Assembly: GCA_964016885.1 (NCBI GenBank)
Contig: OZ024760.1
Span: 32,364,001 to 32,428,000, forward strand
Direction of reading: 5' to 3'
Length of the DNA stretch: 64,000 nt
Source of the DNA: Eledone cirrhosa
Taxonomy: Eukaryota
Below the pieces are notes generated by a model. The model searched no databases. It saw nothing but the letters and a program-made list of their open reading frames with translations, and had not been told where the DNA came from. Of the stretch, positions 13,501-28,500 are shown piece by piece. The position numbers and the translations under genes are program-made. The stretch's first letter is position 1, and every line of letters begins with the position of its first letter.

Positions 13501-16500
13501 AGCTAGCTGTAATTGTGGAACCAGTACTGCCACATTAGAGGGAGCTAGCTGTAATTGTGGAACCAGTACTGCCACATTAGAGGGAGCTAGCTGTAATTGT
13601 GGAACCAGTACTGCCACATTAGGGGGAGCTAGCTGTAGTTGTGGAACCAGTACTTCCACATTAGAGGGAGCTAGCTGTAATTGTGGGACCAGTACTGCCA
13701 CATTAGCGGGAGCTAGCTGTAGTTGTTGAACCAGTACTGCCACATTAGAGGGAGCTAACTGTAGTTGTGGAACCAGTACTGCCACATTAGAGGGAGCTAG
13801 CTGTAGTTGTGGAACCAGTACTGTCACATTAGAGGGAGCTAGCTGTAGTTGAGGAACCAGTACTGCCACATTAGGGGGAGCTAGCTGTAATTATGTAACC
13901 AGTACTGCCACAGAGGGAGCTAGCTGTAATTGTGGAACCAGTACTCCCACATTAGGGGGAGCTAGCTGTAATTGTGGAACCAGTACTGCCACATTAGAGG
14001 GAGCTAGCTGTAATTGTGGGACCAGTACTGCCACATTAGAGGGAGCTAGCTGTAGTTGTGGAAACAGTAATCCCACATTAGAGGGAGCTAGCTGTAGTTG
14101 TGGAACCAGTACTGCCACATTAGAGGGAGCTAGCTGTAGTTGTGGAACCAGTACTGCCACATTAGAGGGAGCTAACTGTAATTGTGGGACCAGTACTACC
14201 ACATTAGGGGGAGCTAGCTGTAGTTGTGGAACCAGTACTGCCACATTAGAAGGAGCTAGCTGTAGTTGTGGGACGAGTACTGCCACATTAGAGGGAGCTA
14301 GCTGTAATTGTGACACCAGTACTTCCACATTAGAGGGAGCTAGCTGTAGTTGTGGAATCAGTACTGCCACATTAGGGGGAGCTAGCTGTAATTGTGGAAC
14401 TAGTACTTCCACATTAGAGGGAGCTAGCTGTAATTGTGGGACCAGTACTACCACATTAGAGGGAGCTAGCTGTAGTTGTGGAACCAGTACTGCCACAGAG
14501 GGAGCTAGCTGTAATTGTGGCCCCAGTACTGCCACATTAGAGGGAGCTAGCTATAATTGTGGGACGAGTACTGCCACATTAGAGGGAGCTAGCTGTAGTT
14601 GTGGAACCAGTACTGCCACATTAGAGGGAGCTAGCTGTAGTTGTGGAACCAGTACTGCCACATTAGAGGGAGCTAGCTGTAATTGTGGAACCAGTACTGC
14701 CACATTAGAGGGAGCTAGCTGTAGTTGTGGAGCCAGTACTGCCACATTAGAGGGAGCTAGCTGTAATTGTGGAACCAGTACTGCCACATTAGAGGGAGCT
14801 AGCTGTAGTTGTGGGACGAGTACTGCCACATTAGAGGGAGCTAACTGTAATTGTGGAACCAGTACTGTCACATTATAGGGAGCTAGCTGTAATTGTGGAA
14901 CCAGTACTGCCACATTAGGGGGAGCTAGCTGTAATTGTGGAACCAGTACTGCCACATTAGAGGGAGCTAGCTATAATTGTGGGACGAGTACTGCCACATT
15001 AGAGGGAGCTAGCTGTAATTGTGGAACCAGTACTGCCACATTAGAGGGAGCTAGCTGTAGTTGTGGAATCAGTACTGCCACATTAGGGGGAGCTAGCTGT
15101 AGTTGTGGAACCAGTACTGTCACATTAGAGGGAGCTAGCTGTAGTTGTGGAACCAGTACTGCCACAGAGGGAGCTAGCTGTAATTGTGGAACCAGTACTC
15201 CCACATTAGGGTGAGCTAGCTGTAATTGTGTAACCAGTACTGCCACATTAGAGGGAGCTAGCTGTAATTATGGAACCAGTACTGCCACAGAGGGAGCTAG
15301 CTGTAATTGTGGAACCAGTACTTCCACATTAGAGGGAGCTAGCTGTAGTTGTGGAAACAGTAATCCCACATTAGAGGGAGCTAGCTGTAATTGTGGCACC
15401 AGTACTGCCACATTAGGGGGAGCTAGCTGTAATTATGGAACCAGTACTGCCACAGAGGGAGCTAGCTGTAATTGTGGAACCAGTACTTCCACATTAGAGG
15501 GAGCTAGCTGTAGTTGTGGAACCAGTAATCCCACATTAGAGGGAGCTAGCTGTAATTGTGGAACCAGTACTGCCACATTAGAGGGAGCTAGCTGTAGTTG
15601 TGGAGCCAGTACTCCCACATTAGAGGGAGCTAGCTGTAGTTGTGGAACCAGTACTGCCACATTAGAGGGAGCTAGCTGTAGTTGTGGAACCAGTACTGCC
15701 ACATTAGAGGGAGCTAGCTGTAATTGTGGAACCAGTACTGCCACATTAGAGGGAGCTAGCTGTAGTTGTGGGACGAGTACTGCCACATTAGAGGGAGCTA
15801 ACTGTAATTGTGGAACCAGTACTGCCACATTAGAGGGAGCTAGCTGTAGTTGTGGAACCAGTACTGCCACATTAGAGGGAGCTAGCTATAATTTTGGAAC
15901 CAGTACTGCCACATTAGAGGGAACTAGCTGTAGTGTGGAACCAGTACTGCCACATTAGAGGGAGCTAGCTGTAGTTGTGGAACCAGTACTGCCACATTAG
16001 AGGGAGCTAGATGTAGTTGTGGGACGAGTACTGCCACATTAGAGGGAGCTAACTGTAATTGTGGAACCAGTACTGTCACATTATAGGGAGCTAGCTGTAA
16101 TTGTGGAACCAGTACTTCCACATTAGGGGGAGCTAGCTGTAATTGTGGAACCAGTACTCTCACATTAGAGGGAGTTAGCTGTAATTGTGGAACCAGTACT
16201 GTCACATTAGAGGGAGCTAGCTGTAATTGTGGAACCAGTACTGTCACATTAGAGGGAGCTAGCTGTAGTTGTGGAACCAGTACTGCCACATTAGAGGGAG
16301 CTAGCTGTAGTTGTGGAACCAGTACTGTCACATTAGAGGGAGCTATCTGTAGTTGTTGAACCAGTACTGCCACATTAGGGGGAGCTAGCTGTAGTTGTGG
16401 AACCAGTACTCCCACATTAGAGGGAGCTAGCTGTAATTGTGGGACCAGTACTGTCACATTAGATTGAGCTAGCTGTAGTTGTTGAACCAGTACTGCCACA

Positions 16501-19500
16501 TTAGGGGGAGCTAGCTGTAGTTGTGGAACCAGTACTGTTACATTAGAGGGAGCTAGCTGTAATTGTGGAACCAGTACTGCCACATTAAGGGGAGCTAGCT
16601 GTAGTTGTGGAACCAGTACTGCCACATTAGAAGGAGCTAGCTGTAATTGTGGGACCAGTACTACCACATTAGAGGGAGCTAGCTGTAGTTGTGGAACCAG
16701 TACTGCCACATTAGAAGGAGCTAGCTGTAATTGTGACACCAGTACTGCCACATTAGAGGGAGCTAGCTGTAGTTGTGGAATCAGTACTGCCACATTAGGG
16801 GGAGCTAGCTGTAATTGTGGAACCAGTACTGCCACATTAGAGGGAGCTAGCTGTAATTGTGGAACCAGTACTTCCACAGAGGGAGCTAGCTGTAATTGTG
16901 GAACCAGTACTGCCACATTAGGGGGAGCTAGCTGTAATTGTGGAACCAGTACTGCCACATTAGAGGGAGCTAGCTGTAATTGTGGCACCAGTACTGCCAC
17001 ATCAGAGGGAGCTCGCTGTAATTGTGGAACCAGTACTGCCACAGAGCGAGCTAGCTGTAATTGTGGAACCAGTACTGCCACATTAGAGGGAGCTAGCTGT
17101 AATTGTGGAACCAGTACTCCCACATTAGAGGGAGCTAGCTGTAATTGTGGAACCAGTACTGCCACATTAGGGGGAGCTAGCTGTAGTTGTGGAACCAGTA
17201 CTTCCACATTAGAGGGAGCTAGCTGTAATTGTGGGACCAGTACTGCCACAGAGGGAGCTAGCTGTAGTTGTGGAACCAGTACTGCCACATTAGAGGGAGC
17301 TAGCTGTAATTGTGGGACCAGTACTGCCACATTAGAGGGAGCTAGCTGTAGTTGTGGAAACAGTAATCCCACATTAGAGGGAGCTAGCTGTAATTGTGGC
17401 ACCAGTACTGCCACATTAGAGGGAACTAGCTGTAGTTGTGGAACCAGTACTGCCACATTAGAGGGAGCTAGCTGTAGTTGTGGAACCAGTACTGCCACAT
17501 TAGCGGGAGCTAGCTGTAGTTGTGGAACCAGTACTGCCACATTAGAGGGAGCTAACTGTAATTGTGGGACCAGTACTACCACATTAGGGGGAGCTAGCTG
17601 TAGTTGTGGAACCAGTACTGCCACATTAGAAGGAGCTAGCTGTAGTTGTGGGACGAGTACTGCCACATTAGAGGGAGCTAGCTGTAATTGTGACACCAGT
17701 ACTTCCACATTAGAGGGAGCTAGCTGTAGTTGTGGAATCAGTACTGCCACATTAGGGGGAGCTAGCTGTAATTGTGGAACTAGTACTTCCACATTAGAGG
17801 GAGCTAGCTGTAATTGTGGGACCAGTACTACCACATTAGAGGGAGCTAGCTGTAGTTGTGGAACCAGTACTGCCACAGAGGGAGCTAGCTGTAATTGTGG
17901 AACCAGTACTTCCACATTAGAGGGAGCTAGCTGTAATTGTGGCCCCAGTACTGCCACATTAGAGGGAGCTAGCTATAATTGTGGGACGAGTACTGCCACA
18001 TTAGAGGGAGCTAGCTGTAGTTGTGGAACCAGTACTGCCACATTAGAGGGAGCTAGCTGTAATTGTGGAACCAGTACTGCCACATTAGAGGGAGCTAGCT
18101 GTAGTTGTGGAGCCAGTACTGCCACATTAGAGGGAGCTAGCTGTAATTGTGGAACCAGTACTGCCACATTAGAGGGAGCTAGCTGTAGTTGTGGGACGAG
18201 TACTGCCACATTAGAGGGAGCTAACTGTAATTGTGGAACCAGTACTGTCACATTATAGGGAGCTAGCTGTAATTGTGGAACCAGTACTGCCACATTAGGG
18301 GGAGCTAGCTGTAATTGTGGAACCAGTACTGCCACATTAGAGGGAGCTAGCTATAATTGTGGGACGAGTACTCCCACATTAGAGGGAGCTAGCTGTAATT
18401 GTGGAACCAGTACTGCCACATTAGAGGGAGCTAGCTGTAGTTGTGGAACCAGTACTGCCACATTAGGGGGAGCTAGCTGTAGTTGTGGAACCAGTACTGT
18501 CACATTAGAGGGAGCTAGCTGTAGTTGTGGAACCAGTACTGCCACAGAGGGAGCTAGCTGTAATTGTGGAACCAGTACTCCCACATTAGGGTGAGCTAGC
18601 TGTAATTGTGGAACCAGTACTGCCACATTAGAGGGAGCTAGCTGTAATTGTGGGACCACTACTCCCACATTAGAGGGAGCTAGCTGTAATTATGGAACCA
18701 GTACTGCCACAGAGGGAGCTAGCTGTAATTGTGGAACCAGTACTTCCACATTAGAGGGAGCTAGCTGTAGTTGTGGAAACAGTAATCCCACATTAGAGGG
18801 AGCTAGCTGTAATTGTGGCACCAGTACTGCCACATTAGGGGGAGCTAGCTGTAGTTGTGGAACCAGTACTGCCACAGAGGGAGCTAGCTGTAATTGTGGA
18901 ACCAGTACTGCCACATTAGAGGGAGCTAGCTGTAAATGTGGTACCAGTACTTCCACATTAGAGGGAGCTAGCTGTAGTTGTGGAACCAGTAATCCCACAT
19001 TAGAGGGAGCTAGCTGTAATTGTGGAACCAGTACTGCCACATTAGAGGGAGCTAGCTGTAGTTGTGGAGCCAGTACTCCCACATTAGAGGGAGCTAGCTG
19101 TAGTTGTGGAACCAGTACTGCCACATTAGAGGGAGCTAGCTGTAGTTGTGGAACCAGTACTGCCACATTAGAGGGAGCTAGCTGTAATTGTGGAACCAGT
19201 ACTGCCACATTAGAGGGAGCTCGCTGTAGTTGTGGGACGAGTACTGCCACATTAGAGGGAGCTAACTGTAATTGTGGAACCAGTACTGCCACATTAGAGG
19301 GAGCTAGCTGTAGTTGTGGAACCAGTACTGCCACATTAGAGGGAGCTAGCTATAATTTTGGAACCAGTACTGCCACATTAGAGGGAACTAGCTGTAGTGT
19401 GGAACCAGTACTGCCACATTAGAGGGAGCTAGCTGTAGTTGTGGAACCAGTACTGCCACATTAGAGGGAGCTAGCTGTAGCTGTGGGACGAGTACTGCCA

Positions 19501-22500
19501 CATTAGAGGGAGCTAACTGTAATTGTGGAACCAGTACTGTCACATTATAGGGAGCTAGCTGTAATTGTGGAACCAGTACTTCCACATTAGAGGGAGCTAG
19601 CTGTAATTGTGGAACCAGTACTGCCACATTAGGGGGAGCTAGCTGTAATTGTGGAACCAGTACTCTCACATTAGAGGGAGTTAGCTGTAATTGTGGAACC
19701 AGTACTGTCACATTAGAGGGAGCTAGCTGTAATTGTGGAACCAGTACTGCCACATTAGAGGGAGCTAGCTGTAATTGTGGAACCAGTACTGCCACATTAG
19801 AGGGAGCTAGCTGTAGTTGTGGAACCAGTACTGTCACATTAGAGGGAGCTATCTGTAGTTGTTGAACCAGTACTGCCACATTAGGGGGAGCTAGCTGTAG
19901 TTGTGGAACCAGTACTCCCACATTAGAGGGAGCTAGCTGTAATTGTGGGACCAGTACTGTCACATTAGATTGAGCTAGCTGTAGTTGTTGAACCAGTACT
20001 GTCACATTAGAGGGAGCTAGCTGTAATTGTGGAACCAGTACTGCCACATTAAGGGGAGCTAGCTGTAGTTGTGGAACCAGTACTGCCACATTAGAAGGAG
20101 CTAGCTGTAATTGTGGGACCAGTACTACCACATTAGAGGGAGCTAGCTGTAGTTGTGGAACCAGTACTGCCACATTAGAAGGAGCTAGCTGTAATTGTGA
20201 CACCAGTACTGCCACATTAGAGGGAGCTAGCTGTAGTTGTGGAATCAGTACTGCCACATTAGGGGGAGCTAGCTGTAATTGTGGAACCAGTACTGCCACA
20301 TTAGAGGGAGCTAGCTGTAATTGTGACACCAGTACTTCCACATTAGAGGGAGCTAGCTGTAGTTGTGGAATCAGTACTGCCACATTAGGGGGAGCTAGCT
20401 GTAATTGTGGAACTAGTACTTCCACATTAGAGGGAGCTAGCTGTAATTGTGGGACCAGTACTACCACATTAGAGGGAGCTAGCTGTAGTTGTGGAACCAG
20501 TACTCCCACAGAGGGAGCTAGCTGTAATTGTGGAACCAGTACTTCCACATTAGAGGGAGCTAGCTGTAATTGTGGCCCCAGTACTGCCACATTAGAGGGA
20601 GCTAGCTATAATTGTGGGACGAGTACTGCCACATTAGAGGGAGCTAGCTGTAGTTGTGGAACCAGTACTGCCACATTAGAGGGAGCTAGCTGTAGTTGTG
20701 GAACCAGTACTGCCACATTAGAGGGAGCTAGCTGTAATTGTGGAACTAGTACTGCCACATTAGAGGGAGCTAGCTGTAGTTGTGGAGCCAGTACTGCCAC
20801 ATTAGAGGGAGCTAGCTGTAATTGTGGAACCAGTACTGCCACATTAGAGGGAGCTAGCTGTAGTTATGGGACGAGTACTGCCACATTAGAGGGAGCTAAC
20901 TGTAATTGTGGAACCAGTACTGTCACATTATAGGGAGCTAGCTGTAATTGTGGAACCAGTACTGCCACATTAGGGGGAGCTAGCTGTAATTGTGGAACCA
21001 GTACTGCCACATTAGAGGGAGCTAGCTATAATTGTGGGACGAGTACTGCCACATTAGAGGGAGCTAGCTGTAATTGTGGAACCAGTACTGCCACATTAGA
21101 GGGAGCTAGCTGTAGTTGTGGAATCAGTACTGCCACATTAGGGTGAGCTAGCTGTAGTTGTGGAACCAGTACTGTCACATTAGAGGGAGCTAGCTGTAGT
21201 TGTGGAACCAGTACTGCCACAGAGGGAGCTAGCTGTAATTGTGGAACCAGTACTCCCACATTAGGGTGAGCTAGCTGTAATTGTGGAACCAGTACTGCCA
21301 CATTAGAGGGAGCTAGCTGTAATTGTGGGACCACTACTCCCACATTAGAGGGAGCTAGCTGTAATTATGGAACCAGTACTGCCACAGAGGGAGCTAGCTG
21401 TAATTGTGGAACCAGTACTTCCACATTAGAGGGAGCTAGCTGTAGTTGTGGAAACAGTAATCCCACATTAGAGGGAGCTAGCTGTAATTGTGGCACCAGT
21501 ACTGCCACATTAGGGGGAGCTAGCTGTAATTGTGGAACCAGTACTGCCACAGAGGGAGCTAGCTGTAATTGTGGAACCAGTACTGCCACATTAGAGGGAG
21601 CTAGCTGTAAATGTGGAACCAGTACTGCCACATTAGAGGGAGCTAGCTGTAGTTGTGGAGCCAGTACTCCCACATTAGAGGGAGCTAGCTGTAGTTGTGG
21701 AACCAGTACTGCCACATTAGAGGGAGCTAGCTGTAGTTGTGGAACCAGTACTGCCACATTAGAGGGAGCTAGCTGTAATTGTGGAACCAGTACTGCCACA
21801 TTAGGGGGAGCTAGCTGTAATTGTGGAACCAGTACTGCCACAGAGGGAGCTAGCTGTAATTGTGGAACCAGTACTGCCACATTAGAGGGAGCTAGCTGTA
21901 ATTGTGGAACCAGTACTGCCACATTAGAGGGAGCTAGCTGTAGTTGTGGAGCCAGTACTCCCACATTAGAGGGAGCTAGCTGTAGTTGTGGAACCAGTAC
22001 TGCCACATTAGAGGGAGCTAGCTGTAGTTGTGGAACCAGTACTGCCACATTAGAGGGAGCTAGCTGTAATTGTGGAACCAGTACTGCCACATTAGAGGGA
22101 GCTAGCTGTAGTTGTGGGACGAGTACTGCCACATTAGAGGGAGCTAACTGTAATTGTGGAACCAGTACTGCCACATTAGAGGGAGCTAGCTGTAGTTGTG
22201 GAACCAGTACTGCCACATTAGAGGGAGCTAGCTATAATTTTGGAACCAGTACTGCCACATTAGAGGGAACTAGCTGTAGTGTGGAACCAGTACTGCCACA
22301 TTAGAGGGAGCTAGCTGTAGTTGTGGAACCAGTACTGCCACATTAGAGGGAGCTAGCTGTAGTTGTGGGACGAGTACTGCCACATTAGAGGGAGCTAACT
22401 GTAATTGTGGAACCAGTACTGTCACATTATAGGGAGCTAGCTGTAATTGTGGAACCAGTACTTCCACATTAGGGGGAGCTAGCTGTAATTGTGGAACCAG

Positions 22501-25500
22501 TACTCTCACATTAGAGGGAGTTAGCTGTAATTGTGGAACCAGTACTGTCACATTAGAGGGAGCTAGCTGTAATTGTGGAACCAGTACTGTCACATTAGAG
22601 GGAGCTAGCTGTAGTTGTGGAACCAGTACTGCCACATTAGAGGGAGCTAGCTGTAGTTGTGGAACCAGTACTGTCACATTAGAGGGAGCTATCTGTAGTT
22701 GTTGAACCAGTACTGCCACATTAGGGGGAGCTAGCTGTAGTTGTGGAACCAGTACTCCCACATTAGAGGGAGCTAGCTGTAATTGTGGGACCAGTACTGT
22801 CACATTAGATTGAGCTAGCTGTAGTTGTTGAACCAGTACTGCCACATTAGGGGGAGCTAGCTGTAGTTGTGGAACCAGTACTGTTACATTAGAGGGAGCT
22901 AGCTGTAATTGTGGAACCAGTACTGCCACATTAAGGGGAGCTAGCTGTAGTTGTGGAACCAGTACTGCCACATTAGAATGAGCTAGCTGTAATTGTGGGA
23001 CCAGTACTACCACATTAGAGGGAGCTAGCTGTAGTTGTGGAACCAGTACTGCCACATTAGAAGGAGCTAGCTGTAATTGTGACACCAGTACTGCCACATT
23101 AGAGGGAGCTAGCTGTAGTTGTGGAATCAGTACTGCCACATTAGGGGGAGCTAGCTGTAATTGTGGAACCAGTACTGCCACATTAGAGGGAGCTAGCTGT
23201 AATTGTGGAACCAGTACTTCCACAGAGGGAGCTAGCTGTAATTGTGGAACCAGTACTGCCACATTAGGGGGAGCTAGCTGTAATTGTGGAACCAGTACTG
23301 CCACATTAGAGGGAGCTAGCTGTAATTGTGGCACCAGTACTGCCACATCAGAGGGAGCTCGCTGTAATTGTGGAACCAGTACTGCCACAGAGGGAGCTAG
23401 CTGTAATTGTGGAACCAGTACTTCCACATTAGAGGGAGCTAGCTGTAATTGTGGAACCAGTACTCCCACATTAGAGGGAGCTAGCTGTAATTGTGGAACC
23501 AGTACTGCCACATTAGGGGGAGCTAGCTGTAGTTGTGGAACCAGTACTTCCACATTAGAGGGAGCTAGCTGTAATTGTGGGACCAGTACTGCCACAGAGG
23601 GAGCTAGCTGTAGTTGTGGAACCAGTACTGCCAAATTAGAGGGAGCTAGCTGTAATTGTGGGACCAGTACTGCCACATTAGAGGGAGCTAGCTGTAGTTG
23701 TGGAAACAGTAATACCACATTAGAGGGAGCTAGCTGTAATTGTGGCACCAGTACTGCCACATTAGAGGGAACTAGCTGTAGTTGTGGAACCAGTACTGCC
23801 ACATTAGAGGGAGCTAGCTGTAGTTGTGGAACCAGTACTGCCACATTAGAGGGAGCTAGCTGTAGTTGTGGAACCAGTACTGCCACATTAGAGGGAGCTA
23901 ACTGTAATTGTGGGACCAGTACTACCACATTAGGGGGAGCTAGCTGTAGTTGTGGAACCAGTACTGCCACATTAGAAGGAGCTAGCTGTAGTTGTGGGAC
24001 GAGTACTGCCACATTAGAGGGAGCTAGCTGTAATTGTGACACCAGTACTTCCACATTAGAGGGAGCTAGCTGTAGTTGTGGAATCAGTACTGCCACATTA
24101 GGGGGAGCTAGCTGTAATTGTGGAACTAGTACTTCCACATTAGAGGGAGCTAGCTGTAATTGTGGGACCAGTACTACCACATTAGAGGGAGCTAGCTGTA
24201 GTTGTGGAACCAGTACTGCCACAGAGGGAGCTAGCTGTAATTCTGGAACCAGTACTTCCACATTAGAGGGAGCTAGCTGTAATTGTGGCCCCAGTACTGC
24301 CACATTAGAGGGAGCTAGCTATAATTGTGGGACGAGTACTGCCACATTAGAGGGAGCTAGCTGTAGTTGTGGAACCAGTACTGCCACATTAGAGGGAGCT
24401 AGCTGTAATTGTGGAACCAGTACTGCCACATTAGAGGGAGCTAGCTGTAGTTGTGGAGCCAGTACTGCCACATTAGAGGGAGCTAGCTGTAATTGTGGAA
24501 CCAGTACTGCCACATTAGAGGGAGCTAGCTGTAGTTGTGGGACGAGTACTGCCACATTAGAGGGAGCTAACTGTAATTGTGGAACCAGTACTGTCACATT
24601 ATAGGGAGCTAGCTGTAATTGTGGAACCAGTACTGCCACATTAGGGGGAGCTAGCTGTAATTGTGGAACCAGTACTGCCACATTAGAGGGAGCTAGCTAT
24701 AATTGTGGGACGAGTACTCCCACATTAGAGGGAGCTAGCTGTAATTGTGGAACCAGTACTGCCACATTAGAGGGAGCTAGCTGTAGTTGTGGAACCAGTA
24801 CTGCCACATTAGGGGGAGCTAGCTGTAGTTGTGGAACCAGTACTGTCACATTAGAGGGAGCTAGCTGTAGTTGTGGAACCAGTACTGCCACAGAGGGAGC
24901 TAGCTGTAATTGTGGAACCAGTACTCCCACATTAGGGTGAGCTAGCTGTAATTGTGGAACCAGTACTGCCACATTAGAGGGAGCTAGCTGTAATTGTGGG
25001 ACCACTACTCCCACATTAGAGGGAGCTAGCTGTAATTATGGAACCAGTACTGCCACAGAGGGAGCTAGCTGTAATTGTGGAACCAGTACTTCCACATTAG
25101 AGGGAGCTAGCTGTAGTTGTGGAAACAGTAATCCCACATTAGAGGGAGCTAGCTGTAATTGTGGCACCAGTACTGCCACATTAGGGGGAGCTAGCTGTAG
25201 TTGTGGAACCAGTACTGCCACAGAGGGAGCTAGCTGTAATTGTGGAACCAGTACTGCCACATTAGAGGGAGCTAGCTGTAAATGTGGTACCAGTACTTCC
25301 ACATTAGAGGGAGCTAGCTGTAGTTGTGGAACCAGTAATCCCACATTAGAGGGAGCTAGCTGTAATTGTGGAACCAGTACTGCCACATTAGAGGGAGCTA
25401 GCTGTAGTTGTGGAGCCAGTACTCCCACATTAGAGGGAGCTAGCTGTAGTTGTGGAACCAGTACTGCCACATTAGAGGGAGCTAGCTGTAGTTGTGGAAC

Positions 25501-28500
25501 CAGTACTGCCACATTAGAGGGAGCTAGCTGTAATTGTGGAACCAGTACTGCCACATTAGAGGGAGCTAGCTGTAGTTGTGGGACGAGTACTGCCACATTA
25601 GAGGGAGCTAACTGTAATTGTGGAACCAGTACTGCCACATTAGAGGGAGCTAGCTGTAGTTGTGGAACCAGTACTGCCACATTAGAGGGAGCTAGCTATA
25701 ATTTTGGAACCAGTACTGCCACATTAGAGGGAACTAGCTGTAGTGTGGAACCAGTACTGCCACATTAGAGGGAGCTAGCTGTAGTTGTGGAACCAGTACT
25801 GCCACATTAGAGGGAGCTAGCTGTAGTTGTGGGACGAGGACTGCCACATTAGAGGGAGCTAACTGTAATTGTGGAACCAGTACTGTCACATTATAGGGAG
25901 CTAGCTGTAATTGTGGAACCAGTACTTCCACATTAGAGGGAGCTAGCTGTAATTGTGGAACCAGTACTGCCACATTAGGGGGAGCTAGCTGTAATTGTGG
26001 AACCAGTACTCTCACATTAGAGGGAGTTAGCTGTAATTGTGGAACCAGTACTGTCACATTAGAGGGAGCTAGCTGTAATTGTGGAACCAGTACTGCCACA
26101 TTAGAGGGAGCTAGCTGTAATTGTGGAACCAGTACTGCCACATTAGAGGGAGCTAGCTGTAGTTGTGGAACCAGTACTGTCACATTAGAGGGAGCTATCT
26201 GTAGTTGTTGAACCAGTACTGCCACATTAGGGGGAGCTAGCTGTAGTTGTGGAACCAGTACTCCCACATTAGAGGGAGCTAGCTGTAATTGTGGGACCAG
26301 TACTGTCACATTAGATTGAGCTAGCTGTAGTTGTTGAACCAGTACTGTCACATTAGAGGGAGCTAGCTGTAATTGTGGAACCAGTACTGCCACATTAAGG
26401 GGAGCTAGCTGTAGTTGTGGAACCAGTACTGCCACATTAGAAGGAGCTAGCTGTAATTGTGGGACCAGTACTACCACATTAGAGGGAGCTAGCTGTAGTT
26501 GTGGAACCAGTACTGCCACATTAGAAGGAGCTAGCTGTAATTGTGACACCAGTACTGCCACATTAGAGGGAGCTAGCTGTAGTTGTGGAATCAGTACTGC
26601 CACATTAGGGGGAGCTAGCTGTAATTGTGGAACCAGTACTGCCACATTAGAGGGAGCTAGCTGTAATTGTGGAACCAGTACTTCCACAGAGGGAGCTAGC
26701 TGTAATTGTGGAACCAGTACTGCCACATTAGGGGGAGCTAGCTGTAATTGTGGAACCAGTACTGCCACATTAGAGGGAGCTAGCTGTAATTGTGGCACCA
26801 GTACTGCCACATCAGAGGGAGCTAGCTGTAATTGTGGAACCAGTACTGCCACAGAGGGAGCTAGCTGTAATTGTGGAACCAGTACTGCCACATTAGAGGG
26901 AGCTAGCTGTAATTGTGGAACCAGTACTGCCACATTAGAGGGAGCTAGCTGTAATTGTGGAACCAGTACTGCCACATTAGGGGGAGCTAGCTGTAGTTGT
27001 GGAACCAGTACTTCCACATTAGAGGGAGCTAGCTGTAATTGTGGGACCAGTACTGCCACAGAGGGAGCTAGCTGTAGTTGTGGAACCAGTACTGCCACAT
27101 TAGAGGGAGCTAGCTGTAGTTGAGGAACCAGTACTGCCACATTAGGGGGAGCTAGCTGTAATTATGGAACCAGTACTGCCACAGAGGGAGCTAGCTGTAA
27201 TTGTGGAACCAGTACTCCCACATTAGGGGGAGCTAGCTGTAATTGTGGAACCAGTACTGCCACATTAGAGGGAGCTAGCTGTAAATGTGGTACCAGTACT
27301 TCCACATTAGAGGGAGCTAGCTGTAGTTGTGGAACCAGTAATCCCACATTAGAGGGAGCTAGCTGTAATTGTGGAACCAGTACTGCCACATTAGAGGGAG
27401 CTAGCTGTAATTGTGGAACTAGTACTTCCACATTAGAGGGAGCCAGCTGTAGTTGTGGAACCAGTACTGTCACATTAGAGGGAGCTAGCTGTAGTTGTGG
27501 AACCAGCACTGCCACATTAGAGGGAGCTATCTGTAATTGTGGGACGAGTACTGCCACAGAGGGAGCTAGCTGTAATTGTGGAACCAGTACTGCCACATTA
27601 GAGGGAGCTAGCTATAATTGTGGGACGAGTACTGCCACATTAGAGGGAGCTAGCTGTAGTTGTGGAACCAGTACTGCCACATGAGAGGGAGCTAACTGTA
27701 ATTGTGGAACCAGTACTGTCACGTTAGAGGGAACTAGCTGTAGTTGTGGAACCAGTACTGCCACATTAGAGGGAGCTAGCTGTAATTGTGGAACCAGTAC
27801 TGCCACATTAGGGGGAGCTAGCTGTAATTGTGGAACCAGTACTGCCACATTAGAGGGAGCTAGCTATAATTGTGGGACGAGTACTGCCACATTAGAGGGA
27901 GCTAGCTGTAGTTGTGGAACCAGTACTGCCACATTAGAGGGAGCTAGCTGTAGTTGTGGAACCAGTACTGCCACATTAGAGGGAGCTAGCTATAATTGTG
28001 GGACGAGTACTGCCACATTAGAGGGAGCTAGCTGTAATTGTGGAACCAGTACTGCCACATTAGAGGGAGCTAGCTGTAGTTGTGGAACCAGTACTGCCAC
28101 ATTAGAGGGAGCTAGCTGTAATTGTGGAACCAGTACTGCCACATTAGAGGGAGCTAGCTGTAGTTGTGGGACGAGTACTGCCACATTAGAGGGAGCTAAC
28201 TGTAATTGTGGAACCAGTACTGCCACATTAGAGGGAGCTAGCTGTAGTTGTGGGACGAGTACTGCCACATTAGAGGGAGCTAACTGTAATTGTGGAACCA
28301 GTACTGCCACATTAGAGGGAGCTAGCTGTAGTTGTGGGACGAGTACTGCCACATTAGGGGGAGCTAGCTGTAGTTGTGGAACCAGTACTGCCACATTAGA
28401 GGGAGCTAGCTGTAGTTGTGGAACCAGTACTGCCACATTAGAGGGAGCTAGCTATAATTTTGGAACCAGTACTGCCACATTAGAGGGAACTCGCTGTAGT

